The translations under genes and the position numbers were made by a program. Below the pieces are notes generated by a model, which worked only from the letters and a program-made list of their open reading frames with translations, ran no database searches and had not been told where the DNA came from. From Phycisphaerales bacterium (GTDB lineage Bacteria > Planctomycetota > Phycisphaerae > Phycisphaerales > SM1A02): a stretch of DNA of 46,872 nucleotides. The stretch lies in the NCBI GenBank assembly GCA_044341665.1, contig JBIIRG010000001.1, positions 1 through 46,872 of the forward strand. The letters run 5' to 3'. Positions 1 through 8,211 of this stretch are shown here, piece by piece. Numbering within the stretch: the stretch's first letter is position 1; every line of letters begins with the position of its first letter.

Positions 1-1
1 C

Positions 2-763
2 ACGATCGCCGGCAGCGTGATGGCCGCGTACATCGTGATGCTCGGCGGAGACGATCCCGCGGCGCGCACGGAGATTGCCAAGCACTTCATGATCGCTTCG
101 GTCATGAGCGCGCCCGCCGGCCTCCTCATGGCGAAGATCATGCTGCCCGAGACGGAATCGCCCGCGGACGAGTCGATCGCCGAGCTGCGCAAGATGCCGC
201 GCACGACCGCGAACGTCATGGACGCCGCCGCCGAGGGCGCGACCGACGGACTCAAGCTCGCGCTCAACGTCGCCGCGATGCTCGTCGCGTTCGTGTCGCT
301 GATCGCGCTCCTCAACTGGCCGCTCGCGGCGCTCAGCGAACTCAACAGCGACTGGCTGCCCATCGCGTCCTGGCGCGCGGAGCTCGGGCTGCCCGTCCTC
401 AGCTTCCAGAACATTCTGGGCACGGTGCTGCAGCCGCTCGCGTGGCTCATGGGTGCGGGCGCCGACGCGCACAAGGTCGGCGCGGTCATGGGACAGGCCG
501 TGGTCGCCACCGAGTTCGTGGCCTACCTCGACCTCGCCAGCATGATCAAGTCGGGCGAAATCTCGTCGCGCGCGTCGACCATCGCCATCTACGCGCTCTG
601 CGGCTTCGCGAATCTGCCTTCGATCGCCATCCAGATCGGCGGCCTCGGCGCGATGGCGCCTGAACGCCGCAGCGAGATCGCCGCCCTCGGCCTCCGCGCG
701 ATGACCGCGGGCGCGCTCGCGTGCTGGCTCACCGGCGCGATCGCGGGGATCTTCCTCGGGTGA
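2..763 (+). CDS. Concentrative nucleoside transporter (NupC/CNT family), C-terminal part; the 5' end lies outside the window
   Basis: The frame is open from nt 2 to the TGA at 761-763. The product is hydrophobic and multi-TM, ending ...YALCGFANLPSIAIQIGGLGAMAP..., which resembles the conserved CNT C-terminal domain (cf. E. coli NupC ...GFANFSSIGI...). Family recognised from memory. Confidence 0.75.
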   Translation, partial: TIAGSVMAAYIVMLGGDDPAARTEIAKHFMIASVMSAPAGLLMAKIMLPETESPADESIAELRKMPRTTANVMDAAAEGATDGLKLALNVAAMLVAFVSLIALLNWPLAALSELNSDWLPIASWRAELGLPVLSFQNILGTVLQPLAWLMGAGADAHKVGAVMGQAVVATEFVAYLDLASMIKSGEISSRASTIAIYALCGFANLPSIAIQIGGLGAMAPERRSEIAALGLRAMTAGALACWLTGAIAGIFLG

Positions 764-810
764 GCGATGCGTCCGTTGGAACGCGCGAGTGACCGCCTTA
801 TGATGCCGCC

Positions 811-1065
811 ATGCAGTCCGACCCCGCATCAATCGCCTGCTCCGATCCATCCGTGCTTGGCGGCACTGTTGTCTTCTGCGGCACTCGGGTTCCGTTCAGC
901 ACATTCATCGAGTACCTCGAAGGAGGCTCGACGGTCGATGGATTCCTCGCGGACTTTCCGAGCGTTTCGCGGGAGCAGGCCGTCGGTGCACTTGAACTCC
1001 TCGGCACCACGATGATCGAGCGCATCGGTCGCGGAGAAGATGACCCCCGTGCGTCTGTTGCTTGA
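811..1065 (+). CDS. DUF433-domain protein (antitoxin-like partner)
   Basis: 84 aa. The motif ...DPSVLGGTVVFCGTRVPFSTFIEYLEGGSTVDGFLADFPSVSREQAVGAL... matches the DUF433 pattern (GG-x-P-x-I-x-GTR-I-P ... DYP-x-L-(T/S)-x-E). It overlaps the next ORF by 26 nt. Confidence 0.75.
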   Translation: MQSDPASIACSDPSVLGGTVVFCGTRVPFSTFIEYLEGGSTVDGFLADFPSVSREQAVGALELLGTTMIERIGRGEDDPRASVA

Positions 1066-1411
1066 CGAGTGCACGCCGTTGGGCCTGCTGCGGACCTTCC
1101 ACGCCCATCCGGGTTTCCAAGGCGCGGGGCATGAAGCCCTTCATGTCACGCAGATCGGCTGGTCGGGAATCCAGAACGGACGCCTGCTCGCACGGATGAG
1201 GCAGTCAGGCTTCGATGGCTTGATCACCACCGATCGAGACCTCGCTTTCCAGCAGGATGTCGAGGGATCTGGCGTCTTCGTCGTCGTCCTCGAGAGCCGC
1301 ACCAACCGCCTCGAAGACCTCGTCCCGGTGGCATCCAAGGCACTCGTGATGCTGCCAGCCATTCTCAAGGGACAGGTTGTACGGGTGAGCGCGATCCCGA
1401 GCCGAGGCTGA
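1040..1411 (+). CDS. DUF5615 / Mut7-C PIN-like domain protein (toxin-like partner)
   Basis: 123 aa. The N-terminus VRLLLDECTP..., an acidic core and ...LITTDRDL... are typical of the PIN-like DUF5615 family that pairs with DUF433. The exact start is uncertain (ATG 1040, or the GTG three codons later). Confidence 0.65.
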   Translation: MTPVRLLLDECTPLGLLRTFHAHPGFQGAGHEALHVTQIGWSGIQNGRLLARMRQSGFDGLITTDRDLAFQQDVEGSGVFVVVLESRTNRLEDLVPVASKALVMLPAILKGQVVRVSAIPSRG

Positions 1412-1417
1412 TGCGCT

Positions 1418-1837
1418 TCACTCCTCAGGCGCGAGCGGCGACCAGTAGAGCACCATGTACGAGTCGGGATCCATGCAGTCCTCGACTCCCCCAAAGAGCA
1501 GAAACCCGCTCGGGCTGCGTCCGTCGACCCAGTAGGTCGACGCATACCCGTGCCACTGACGACCCGTCAGCATGATCGATGAGCCGACGAGCGCCCATGT
1601 TCCGGTCTTTGCATCAGCCACGGAGCCCGCGCCCACGTTCTCGCCGATCCAACGAAACGAGTAGGCGCCATTCGCCTCTAGGACGAGTTCGACTTCCTTT
1701 CGGTAATCACCCACTATGCAGCCGGCGCCGACCCAGCGCCCGACGACATCCGCGACCTGGACGCTCTCTGCGGGCGCAGGACCACCGTAGCCACAGCCAA
1801 CGAGCAGCGCGATGCACGAAGCGATCGCGGCGCGCAT
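1418..1837 (-). CDS. Small lipoprotein, function unknown
   Basis: 139 aa taken from an internal ATG (1835-1837) of the 462-aa track ORF. The N-terminus MRAAIASCIALLVGC has a lipobox (L-V-G-C). The rest of the long ORF is a shadow of the neighbouring gene. The ATG shares one base with an upstream in-frame TGA. Confidence 0.6.
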   Translation of the reverse strand: MRAAIASCIALLVGCGYGGPAPAESVQVADVVGRWVGAGCIVGDYRKEVELVLEANGAYSFRWIGENVGAGSVADAKTGTWALVGSSIMLTGRQWHGYASTYWVDGRSPSGFLLFGGVEDCMDPDSYMVLYWSPLAPEE

Positions 1838-1932
1838 CACGCCTTCACCAGCCGCGTCACACGTCCGATCGGCACCCCGTGTTTCACCGCTTCGACGAAG
1901 GACTCGCCGAAGCTGAGACCGAGCGGACCGCA

Positions 1933-2997
1933 TCAAGCCTTGACCAGCCGCGTCACCCGCCCGATCGGCACCCATTCGACCACCAGGATCGATCCATCCG
2001 AGAGGAACGTCGCCGAGTGCGGGTGGACAAACTTGCCGGGGATGAAGTCCTTGCGCGCGGCGCCGCGGAGGTTCGTCGGATGTCCGTCGCCGAGCGCGGC
2101 GACGACCTTGTTGTCCGCGTCGAGCAGCTCGACGGCGCTGGCGAGATCGGGAACCAGCATCAGGTCGCCGCGCGTCTTCATGTGGCACGGCTGGCGCATG
2201 CCGTCCTTGATGAATGCGACGTGCCGCCACGGCTTGCCGCCGGGCGTCGCGCCGAAGTACTGGATGCGGTTGTTCGAGCGATCCGCGACGGCGAGCGTGC
2301 CCACCCGGTCGTCCCACCACAGGCCGTGCGGGCCAGAGACCTGTCCTTCGCCCGCGCCCGGTCCAGCGATCACCTGCTTGAAGGCGCCGTCCTTGGTGAA
2401 GAGGAGCACGTAGCTCTTGCCGTAGCCATCGCCGACGAAGAGGTCGCCGTTCGGCATGAAGGCGACGTTCGTCGGATTCCAGTCGTTCTCGTTGGCGTAG
2501 ACCTTGGTGCCCTCGAACTCGGCCTCCACGGGGGCGCCCTTCTCCCACACGACCGTGCCGTCGAGCTTCGTCTTGAGGACGCGGCGGCGGTTCACGTCGC
2601 AGTGATAGAGGAACTCGGTGCCACCCTCCTCGCGCACGTCGAGGCCGTGGCCACCGCCCTTCATCTGCGGCAGCATCGAGCGCAGGAACTTGCCGTCCTT
2701 GCTGAAGACATACACCGCGTCGTCCTTCGTGGCGCCGGCGCCCACGGTGTGCGAGATGTAGATCTGCCCCGCCTTGTCCTGCGCGACGCCGTGCGTGTCG
2801 CCCCACGCGAGGCCCTCGGGCGGCGTCAGCCAGTCGTGCTCCACGCGGTAGGTGTGGTCGCCGGTGCCGGTCTTGATCTCGCCGTCGAGCAGCGCCGCGG
2901 CGAAGGCGTTCGAAAACGGCGACAGTGCGGCCACGCCCGCTGCGGTGCGGATAAAGGCGCGACGGGAATCACGATTGCTGCTCGAGTCGAGGTGCAT
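1933..2997 (-). CDS. Tat-signal, NHL-repeat / six-bladed beta-propeller protein (peptidylglycine-amidating-lyase-like fold)
   Basis: 354 aa from ATG 2995-2997. The N-terminus MHLDSSSNRDSRRAFIRTAAGVAAL carries a twin-arginine motif. Repeated ...GDxxVxD/...NRIQxF... blades are typical of NHL propellers. The remaining 5' part of the 595-aa track ORF is Arg-rich shadow sequence. Confidence 0.65.
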   Translation of the reverse strand: MHLDSSSNRDSRRAFIRTAAGVAALSPFSNAFAAALLDGEIKTGTGDHTYRVEHDWLTPPEGLAWGDTHGVAQDKAGQIYISHTVGAGATKDDAVYVFSKDGKFLRSMLPQMKGGGHGLDVREEGGTEFLYHCDVNRRRVLKTKLDGTVVWEKGAPVEAEFEGTKVYANENDWNPTNVAFMPNGDLFVGDGYGKSYVLLFTKDGAFKQVIAGPGAGEGQVSGPHGLWWDDRVGTLAVADRSNNRIQYFGATPGGKPWRHVAFIKDGMRQPCHMKTRGDLMLVPDLASAVELLDADNKVVAALGDGHPTNLRGAARKDFIPGKFVHPHSATFLSDGSILVVEWVPIGRVTRLVKA

Positions 2998-3023
2998 GCG
3001 CGGAGCGTACCGCGCGCGCGCGG

Positions 3024-4565
3024 TCACGCGGGCTTGTCCGCTGGTTTTTCGGCAGCGGGCGCGTCCTCGGGCATGGGCGGTCCCTTGGGCTCCGCGAGCG
3101 GCAGGTCGGCGCCGATCGCCTGGCGACCACCCGTGTTCAGCGCCTTGAGCGCGTCGGTGGCGTCGAGCGCGGTCTGCCACACGTAGATCCGCCGCAGGGC
3201 GGACTGCGCCGTCAGCCAATCGGTCAGTGCGGGCGAGACCTTGGTGCCGATCAGGTTGATCGACTCGAGCTTGGGGAGCGAGCCGAGGGCACGGACACCC
3301 GCGTCGCCCACGCCCGTTCCGTCGAGCCGCAGCCGCTCGAGGTTGACCATGCCGCTGAGCTTGGCGAGACCCGCGTCGGTCAGCGTCGACTTCGAGAGGT
3401 TCAGGTTCGCCACGAGCGGCGCGATGTCGGCCAGCAGCGCCGCGTCGGCGTCGCCGATCGCGGGTTCGGCGCGGCTCGCGTTCACATCGAACAGCGGGCT
3501 CTCGGCCGCGAGCGGCTGGACGAGCACGCCGCGGGCGATGAGCGCCTTCGCAGCCACGTCGGCCTTGGCCTTGACGCCCGGCGCCACCGCGACGGGAGCA
3601 GGCCCCGACAGCGCCAGCGCACCAGCAGCGGCCACCTGGGCGGTGCTCACGCCGGCGGCACCCGGGATCCCGCCGCCGATCGCGGACACGTCGGGGTACG
3701 CGGCGCCGTCGTCGATCCACTTGCGGATGATGGCCTTCTCGTCGGCGGTCAGACCGTCGCCCTCGGGCGGCATCGCGTCGGGATCCGCGCGATCGAGCTC
3801 CACGCGGGTCACGAGCAGGCTGCCGCCTGCCTTACCAGGGTGGACCGACCACTTCTCCTCGCTCCCGTTGAAGAGCCACGACTTGCTGTCCATGCGCAGG
3901 CCGCCCTTCTGCTTGCGCGCGCCGTGGCACTCGAAGCAGTTCGCCTCGAAGATCGGGCGCACCTTGTCGAGGAAGAAGCGGTCGTTCGCCGAGAGCTCGA
4001 TGTTCGCGGGCTCCTTGGGAGCCTCCTCGGCCTTTGCGGGCGGGAAGATCAGGTCGGTCAGGTAGCCCTTGCCATGCACGAGGTCGCCGCCGAGGTGGCC
4101 GGTTACGCTCATCGCGATGCCGCCGACGAGCGCCGCCCAGCGGAACGTCCCGAGCGCGGCCATGGTCTTGGCGGTCGACGCGGTGGCCTGCGCCGCCAGG
4201 ATCTGGCACCACCAGGCGAGCACCACGAAGCCCACCGTGGTGGCAGTACCGATCCAGCGATGCAGGTCGAGCGCCGCGTCGTCGCCCGAGCCGCGCTCGT
4301 AGGAGGCGTTCACCCAGCCCGTCGCGGTCGAGGCAACGGCGGAAATGGCGGCGATCCAAAGGAGCGGCAGCGTGAGCGGCGACATCCCCTCGCGGCGGCT
4401 GAGGCCACGCCACCACTCGGCGCCGATCGCCACGAGCCCGAGCGCGAGCGGGAAGTGCACGACCAGCGGGTGCAGGCGACCAGCGGCTCGGCCAAGTTGC
4501 GGACCCGACTCGGCGAGCATCGGGGCGAGCGGCTCCAGCACGGCAAGGTCGAGATTCGGAAGCAT
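3024..4565 (-). CDS. Membrane-anchored c-type cytochrome-domain protein: DUF2231-like TM region, planctomycete PSCyt1 domain and leucine-rich repeats
   Basis: 513 aa. It has N-terminal TM helices (HPLVVHFPLALGLVAIG...) and then FFLDKVRPIFEANCFECHGARKQKGGLRMD, a CxxCH haem motif in the PSCyt1 context. The C-terminus has LRR-like LxLxxTxVxDAGL repeats. It lies 26 nt upstream of the NHL gene on the same strand. Confidence 0.7.
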   Translation of the reverse strand: MLPNLDLAVLEPLAPMLAESGPQLGRAAGRLHPLVVHFPLALGLVAIGAEWWRGLSRREGMSPLTLPLLWIAAISAVASTATGWVNASYERGSGDDAALDLHRWIGTATTVGFVVLAWWCQILAAQATASTAKTMAALGTFRWAALVGGIAMSVTGHLGGDLVHGKGYLTDLIFPPAKAEEAPKEPANIELSANDRFFLDKVRPIFEANCFECHGARKQKGGLRMDSKSWLFNGSEEKWSVHPGKAGGSLLVTRVELDRADPDAMPPEGDGLTADEKAIIRKWIDDGAAYPDVSAIGGGIPGAAGVSTAQVAAAGALALSGPAPVAVAPGVKAKADVAAKALIARGVLVQPLAAESPLFDVNASRAEPAIGDADAALLADIAPLVANLNLSKSTLTDAGLAKLSGMVNLERLRLDGTGVGDAGVRALGSLPKLESINLIGTKVSPALTDWLTAQSALRRIYVWQTALDATDALKALNTGGRQAIGADLPLAEPKGPPMPEDAPAAEKPADKPA

Positions 4566-5160
4566 CGCTCCGAAATGTACTTGACCAGCGGGACCGAGAA
4601 AAGCATGCGCCTTGGCGTCGCGGAATTTTCTCTCGACCGCGTGCCGGCGCGGACCGTTGCGGCGACGCGCGCCTTCGCGCGATCAACCTCCGCCTTCCGC
4701 GGACGCGATCGATGTCGGTCCAGCGCGCAGACAGGCCACACGACCGCGGCGCACACCGCGATGCGCGCGCGACCGCGCCTTCGCTCCAGACACGCGCGAA
4801 ACCCAGCAAAAAAGCAATCGCCGGACCCTTTCCGCAGCGTCCGGCGTCGCTTGCACAGGACCGCGCGCACGCAATGCGTAGCGACAGCGGCTGACCTTTC
4901 CACGTTTCACGGTCTCCTGTGACGACCATGCCACGACCGAGTTGTGTGGCGCACCAACGGACAAAGGGCCCTGAACCGCGCGCGCGTCCGTTCGAGACGG
5001 ATCGTGCGTTCGTTCAGCGCCCTTTTCGCTGATGACGCCGTGAAGGCATCTGGCCGGGTACCGCGGCGGTGTGCCGCAGCAGCCCGACTCTCCTCGCCCT
5101 GTGCCCACTTGGTGAGCGCCTTCAGTATGCACCCGAAAGCCGGCCAGTCAAGCAGCCGCG

Positions 5161-5193
5161 GTCGTAAGCATGACAATTGTCGACACTTACGAC
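5161..5193 (-). terminator. Hairpin just downstream of ileS (possible terminator)
   Basis: An 8-bp perfect stem GTCGTAAG / CTTACGAC (5161-5168 and 5186-5193) flanks a 17-nt AT-richer loop that contains the palindrome TGTCGACA. It starts 10 nt after the ileS stop. There is no clear U-tract. Confidence 0.3.
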
Positions 5194-5202
5194 AACTACT
5201 TG

Positions 5203-8082
5203 CTACGCGAGCCCCACCGCCTCCGCATCGCGGTCCGACAACATGCCGCCGTCCGAACGCTGCCGCACCGTGCCGTCTCGCTTCCAACTGCGCTCACAGC
5301 GAGGCTCGGCGCGAAGGTCCACGATCTCGATCGCGCTCTGGTCGCGCGCCATGACCACGCGCGAGACGCCGAAGAGGTCGGGCAGGTCGGCAAGGAAGTC
5401 CTCGAGATGGTGATGGGACGTCGGGAGCATGACGCCCGCGTCGAGCGGGTTCTCGATGCCGCGCGCCTTTGCCTTCTCGAGCTCGCCCTTGACGAGTTCG
5501 CGCAGGGCGAGGACCTCCGCCCAGCGCTTGTCGCATGTGAAAGCGAGCGTGCGGTAGCGCTCCATGTGCACGCAGCCGGAATCACCGGCGAGCGCACGGA
5601 ACGCCTCGTCGGCCGTGTGCGGCAGGAACACCGCGAGCATGCGGCAGAGCGCGTCGCACGCAGCGTGCATCGCGGCCTGCGCGGCGCGGCGGCGCGACGA
5701 GCGCGGCGCATCGCAATAGAGGCGGTCCTTGGTCGCGGCGCAGTAGATCGCGGAGAGCGTCTCGTTGCAGAGCGTAAAGATCGCCTGCTGCGCCTCGCGG
5801 AACGAGCAGCGGCGCACGGCGTCGCGCACCGCTTCCTGCGTCGACGCGATTTGCGCCAGCATCCACGACTCGAGGCTGGTGTGCGAGATCCCCTCGAGGA
5901 TCGCGTCGGCTTCCGACGCGTCGAAGCCGTCGAGGTTCGACAGCAGGTAGCGGATCGTGTTGCGCACCTTGCGGTAGCTCTCGCCGGCGACCTTGAAGAA
6001 CTCGCCGTCGGCGCGGATGTCGTTCTCGAAGTCGACGCCCGCCACCCACCAGCGGCAGACGTCCGCGCCGTGCTCCTTGAGGAGCGCCTCGACGTCGATC
6101 GTGTTGCCGATCGACTTCGACATCTTGCGGCCGTCCTTGTCGACGATGAAGCCGTGGGTCACCAGCCGCTTGAACGGCGCCTGCCCGGTCGCGCCAAGCG
6201 CGGGGAGGAGCGACAGCTGGAACCAGCCGCGGTGCTGGTCGCTGCCCTCGAGGTAGATCTCGGCGGGATATCCGATGCCGCGCGCGCGCAGCACCGAGTT
6301 CCACGAGCTGCCCGCCTCGAACCACACGTCGAAGATGTCGTAGAGCTTCGTGAGCGACGCGATGTCGAGGCCCTTCGGCGCCTCGGGATCCTTCGACGCG
6401 TCGTAGTGCGACAGGAGGTCGGCGGGCGACTCCTGGAACCACGCGTCGCTCCCCTTCTCGGCAAAGCGCTTCGCGATCGCGCGCACGCTCGCGCTCGTCA
6501 GGAACGTCTTGCCGTCGGCCATCTTGAACGCAGGGATCGGCAGGCCCCACGAGCGCTGGCGCGAGATGCACCAGTCGGGGCGCGCCTCGATCATGCCGCG
6601 CATGCGGTTGCGGCCCCATTCGGGCGTGAAGCCGACTTCCTTCTCGATCGCCTGCATGGCGCGCGCGCGCAGCGACTTCCCGTCGCGCTTCACGGGCACA
6701 TCGACGCCAATGAACCACTGCTCGGTCGCGCGGAAGATGACGGGCGTCTTCGAGCGCCAGTCGTGCGGGTACGAGTGGGTGAACTTGTGGTCGAAGAAGA
6801 GGTGGCCGCTCGTGCGCAGGTGCTCTGCGATCTCCGCGTTCGCGGCCCAGATCGACTTGCCGCGCAGCCACGCGGGGACCGTCTCGTCGTACGTGCCGTC
6901 CTCGCGCACGGGGCAGTATGCGGGCAGGCCTTCCTTCAGGCCCGTGCGGTAGTCGTCGGCGCCGTGTCCCGGCGCGGTGTGGACGAGGCCCGTGCCGTCC
7001 TCGAGCGTGACGTAGTCGGCGCTCACCACGCGGCCCTTCCGCTCGCAGAACGGATGCTTGTACTCGAGGCCGACGAGCTTGGCGCCCTCGCACTCCGCGC
7101 GCACGACGACCTTCTCGGCGCCTGCCTTCTTCGTCACCGCTGCGACGAGGTCCGCGGCCATGATCGTCGTGTTGCCGTCGACCTCGACGAGCGCGTAGCG
7201 GTAGCGCTCGTGGACTGCGATCGCGAGGTTCGCGGGCAGCGTCCACGGCGTCGTCGTCCAGATCATGAAGCTCGGCGTCATGTCGAGGAAGCGCGACTCG
7301 TCGAACTCCGCGTCCTCGCCCGCGTCGGCCGGCACCTCGGTGAGCAGGCCGAACGCAGCCGCCACCTTCGCGCGGTCGGCTGCCTCGAAGTCGACGTACA
7401 CCGAGAGATCCTCGCGGTCCTCGTACTCGAGCTCCGCCTCTGCGAGCGCGGTCTTGTTGGCGATCGACCAGTGCACGGGCTTGAGCGCGCGCACGACGAC
7501 ACCCTGGTCGATGAGATCGGCAAAGACCTCGAGCGTCTTCGCCTCGTACGCGGGCTGCAGCGTGAAGTACGGATCCGCGTACTCGGCGAGCGTGAGCAGG
7601 CGCTTCATCTGCTCGGCCTGCAGGCCGATGAACTTGGTGGCGGCTGCGGCGCACTCGCGGCGGATCGCGATGTGGCGCTGCTCGGGCGTGAGGGTCTCGA
7701 GCTTCGCGGTCTTGCCCTTCTCGTGGAGCTCGGTCATCACCTTGTGCTCGATCGGCAGGCCGTGCGTGTCCCAGCCCGGGACGAAGCGCACGCGGCGGCC
7801 TTCCATGAGCGCGCCGCGCACCACGAAGTCCTTGAGCACCTTGTTCAGCATGTGGCCCATGTGGATCGGTCCGTTCGCGTACGGCGGGCCGTCGTGGAAG
7901 ACGAACGGCTCCGCGCCCTCGCGCGCCGACTGCAGGCGGTTGAAGAGGTGCGCCTCATCCCAACGCTTGAGCGACTGCGGCTCGGCCTGGATGAGGTTCG
8001 CCTTCATGGCGAACGCCGTCTTGGGCAGGTTGAGCGAGTCCTTGTAGCTGGGCTTCTGCTGGCTGGGCTGGGCGTCCGACAT
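5203..8082 (-). CDS. ileS: Isoleucine--tRNA ligase
   Basis: 959 aa from ATG 8080-8082. The N-terminus is ...KDSLNLPKTAFAMKANL...EPFVFHDGPPYANGPIHMGHMLNKVLKD (HIGH motif), and KMSKSIGN is present later. The 473 upstream codons of the 1432-aa track ORF are not part of the gene. Confidence 0.95.
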   Translation of the reverse strand: MSDAQPSQQKPSYKDSLNLPKTAFAMKANLIQAEPQSLKRWDEAHLFNRLQSAREGAEPFVFHDGPPYANGPIHMGHMLNKVLKDFVVRGALMEGRRVRFVPGWDTHGLPIEHKVMTELHEKGKTAKLETLTPEQRHIAIRRECAAAATKFIGLQAEQMKRLLTLAEYADPYFTLQPAYEAKTLEVFADLIDQGVVVRALKPVHWSIANKTALAEAELEYEDREDLSVYVDFEAADRAKVAAAFGLLTEVPADAGEDAEFDESRFLDMTPSFMIWTTTPWTLPANLAIAVHERYRYALVEVDGNTTIMAADLVAAVTKKAGAEKVVVRAECEGAKLVGLEYKHPFCERKGRVVSADYVTLEDGTGLVHTAPGHGADDYRTGLKEGLPAYCPVREDGTYDETVPAWLRGKSIWAANAEIAEHLRTSGHLFFDHKFTHSYPHDWRSKTPVIFRATEQWFIGVDVPVKRDGKSLRARAMQAIEKEVGFTPEWGRNRMRGMIEARPDWCISRQRSWGLPIPAFKMADGKTFLTSASVRAIAKRFAEKGSDAWFQESPADLLSHYDASKDPEAPKGLDIASLTKLYDIFDVWFEAGSSWNSVLRARGIGYPAEIYLEGSDQHRGWFQLSLLPALGATGQAPFKRLVTHGFIVDKDGRKMSKSIGNTIDVEALLKEHGADVCRWWVAGVDFENDIRADGEFFKVAGESYRKVRNTIRYLLSNLDGFDASEADAILEGISHTSLESWMLAQIASTQEAVRDAVRRCSFREAQQAIFTLCNETLSAIYCAATKDRLYCDAPRSSRRRAAQAAMHAACDALCRMLAVFLPHTADEAFRALAGDSGCVHMERYRTLAFTCDKRWAEVLALRELVKGELEKAKARGIENPLDAGVMLPTSHHHLEDFLADLPDLFGVSRVVMARDQSAIEIVDLRAEPRCERSWKRDGTVRQRSDGGMLSDRDAEAVGLA

Positions 8083-8211
8083 GGTGGGTTTCCTTGCGGC
8101 GATCGTGCACGCGTTCCCTGCGTTGCCGACCGAGCGCGAGCGAAGAGGATACCCGCGCCGCCGCACGGCGGAGAGTGCAGGAATCCCCGCAATTGCGCCG
8201 ATTTCGCCGCC

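Noticed and set aside
1838-1934. An alternative upstream ATG (1932-1934) that would extend the lipoprotein by 32 aa.
   Set aside because: The extension (MRSARSQLRRVLRRSGETRGADRTCDAAGEGV) is Arg-rich and would bury the signal peptide and lipobox. The ATG at 1835-1837 is preferred.
1933-1935. The TGA at the end of the NHL gene as a selenocysteine codon. It is followed by TGC, giving a U-C pair.
   Set aside because: I see no SECIS-like hairpin immediately 3' of the TGA, and the context is a C-terminal tail rather than a redox motif. I kept the duplication/read-through observation as a finding but do not call selenocysteine.
4566-5202. RNase P RNA, tmRNA, SRP RNA or 6S RNA in the long ileS-PSCyt gap, and likewise in 44796-45335.
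   Set aside because: I could not find the signature blocks by eye: GAGGAAAGTCCGG for RNase P, a tRNA-like GGTTCGA(A/T)TCC...CCA end for tmRNA, or GGAAGGAAGCAGC for SRP. Only a covariance-model scan could settle it.
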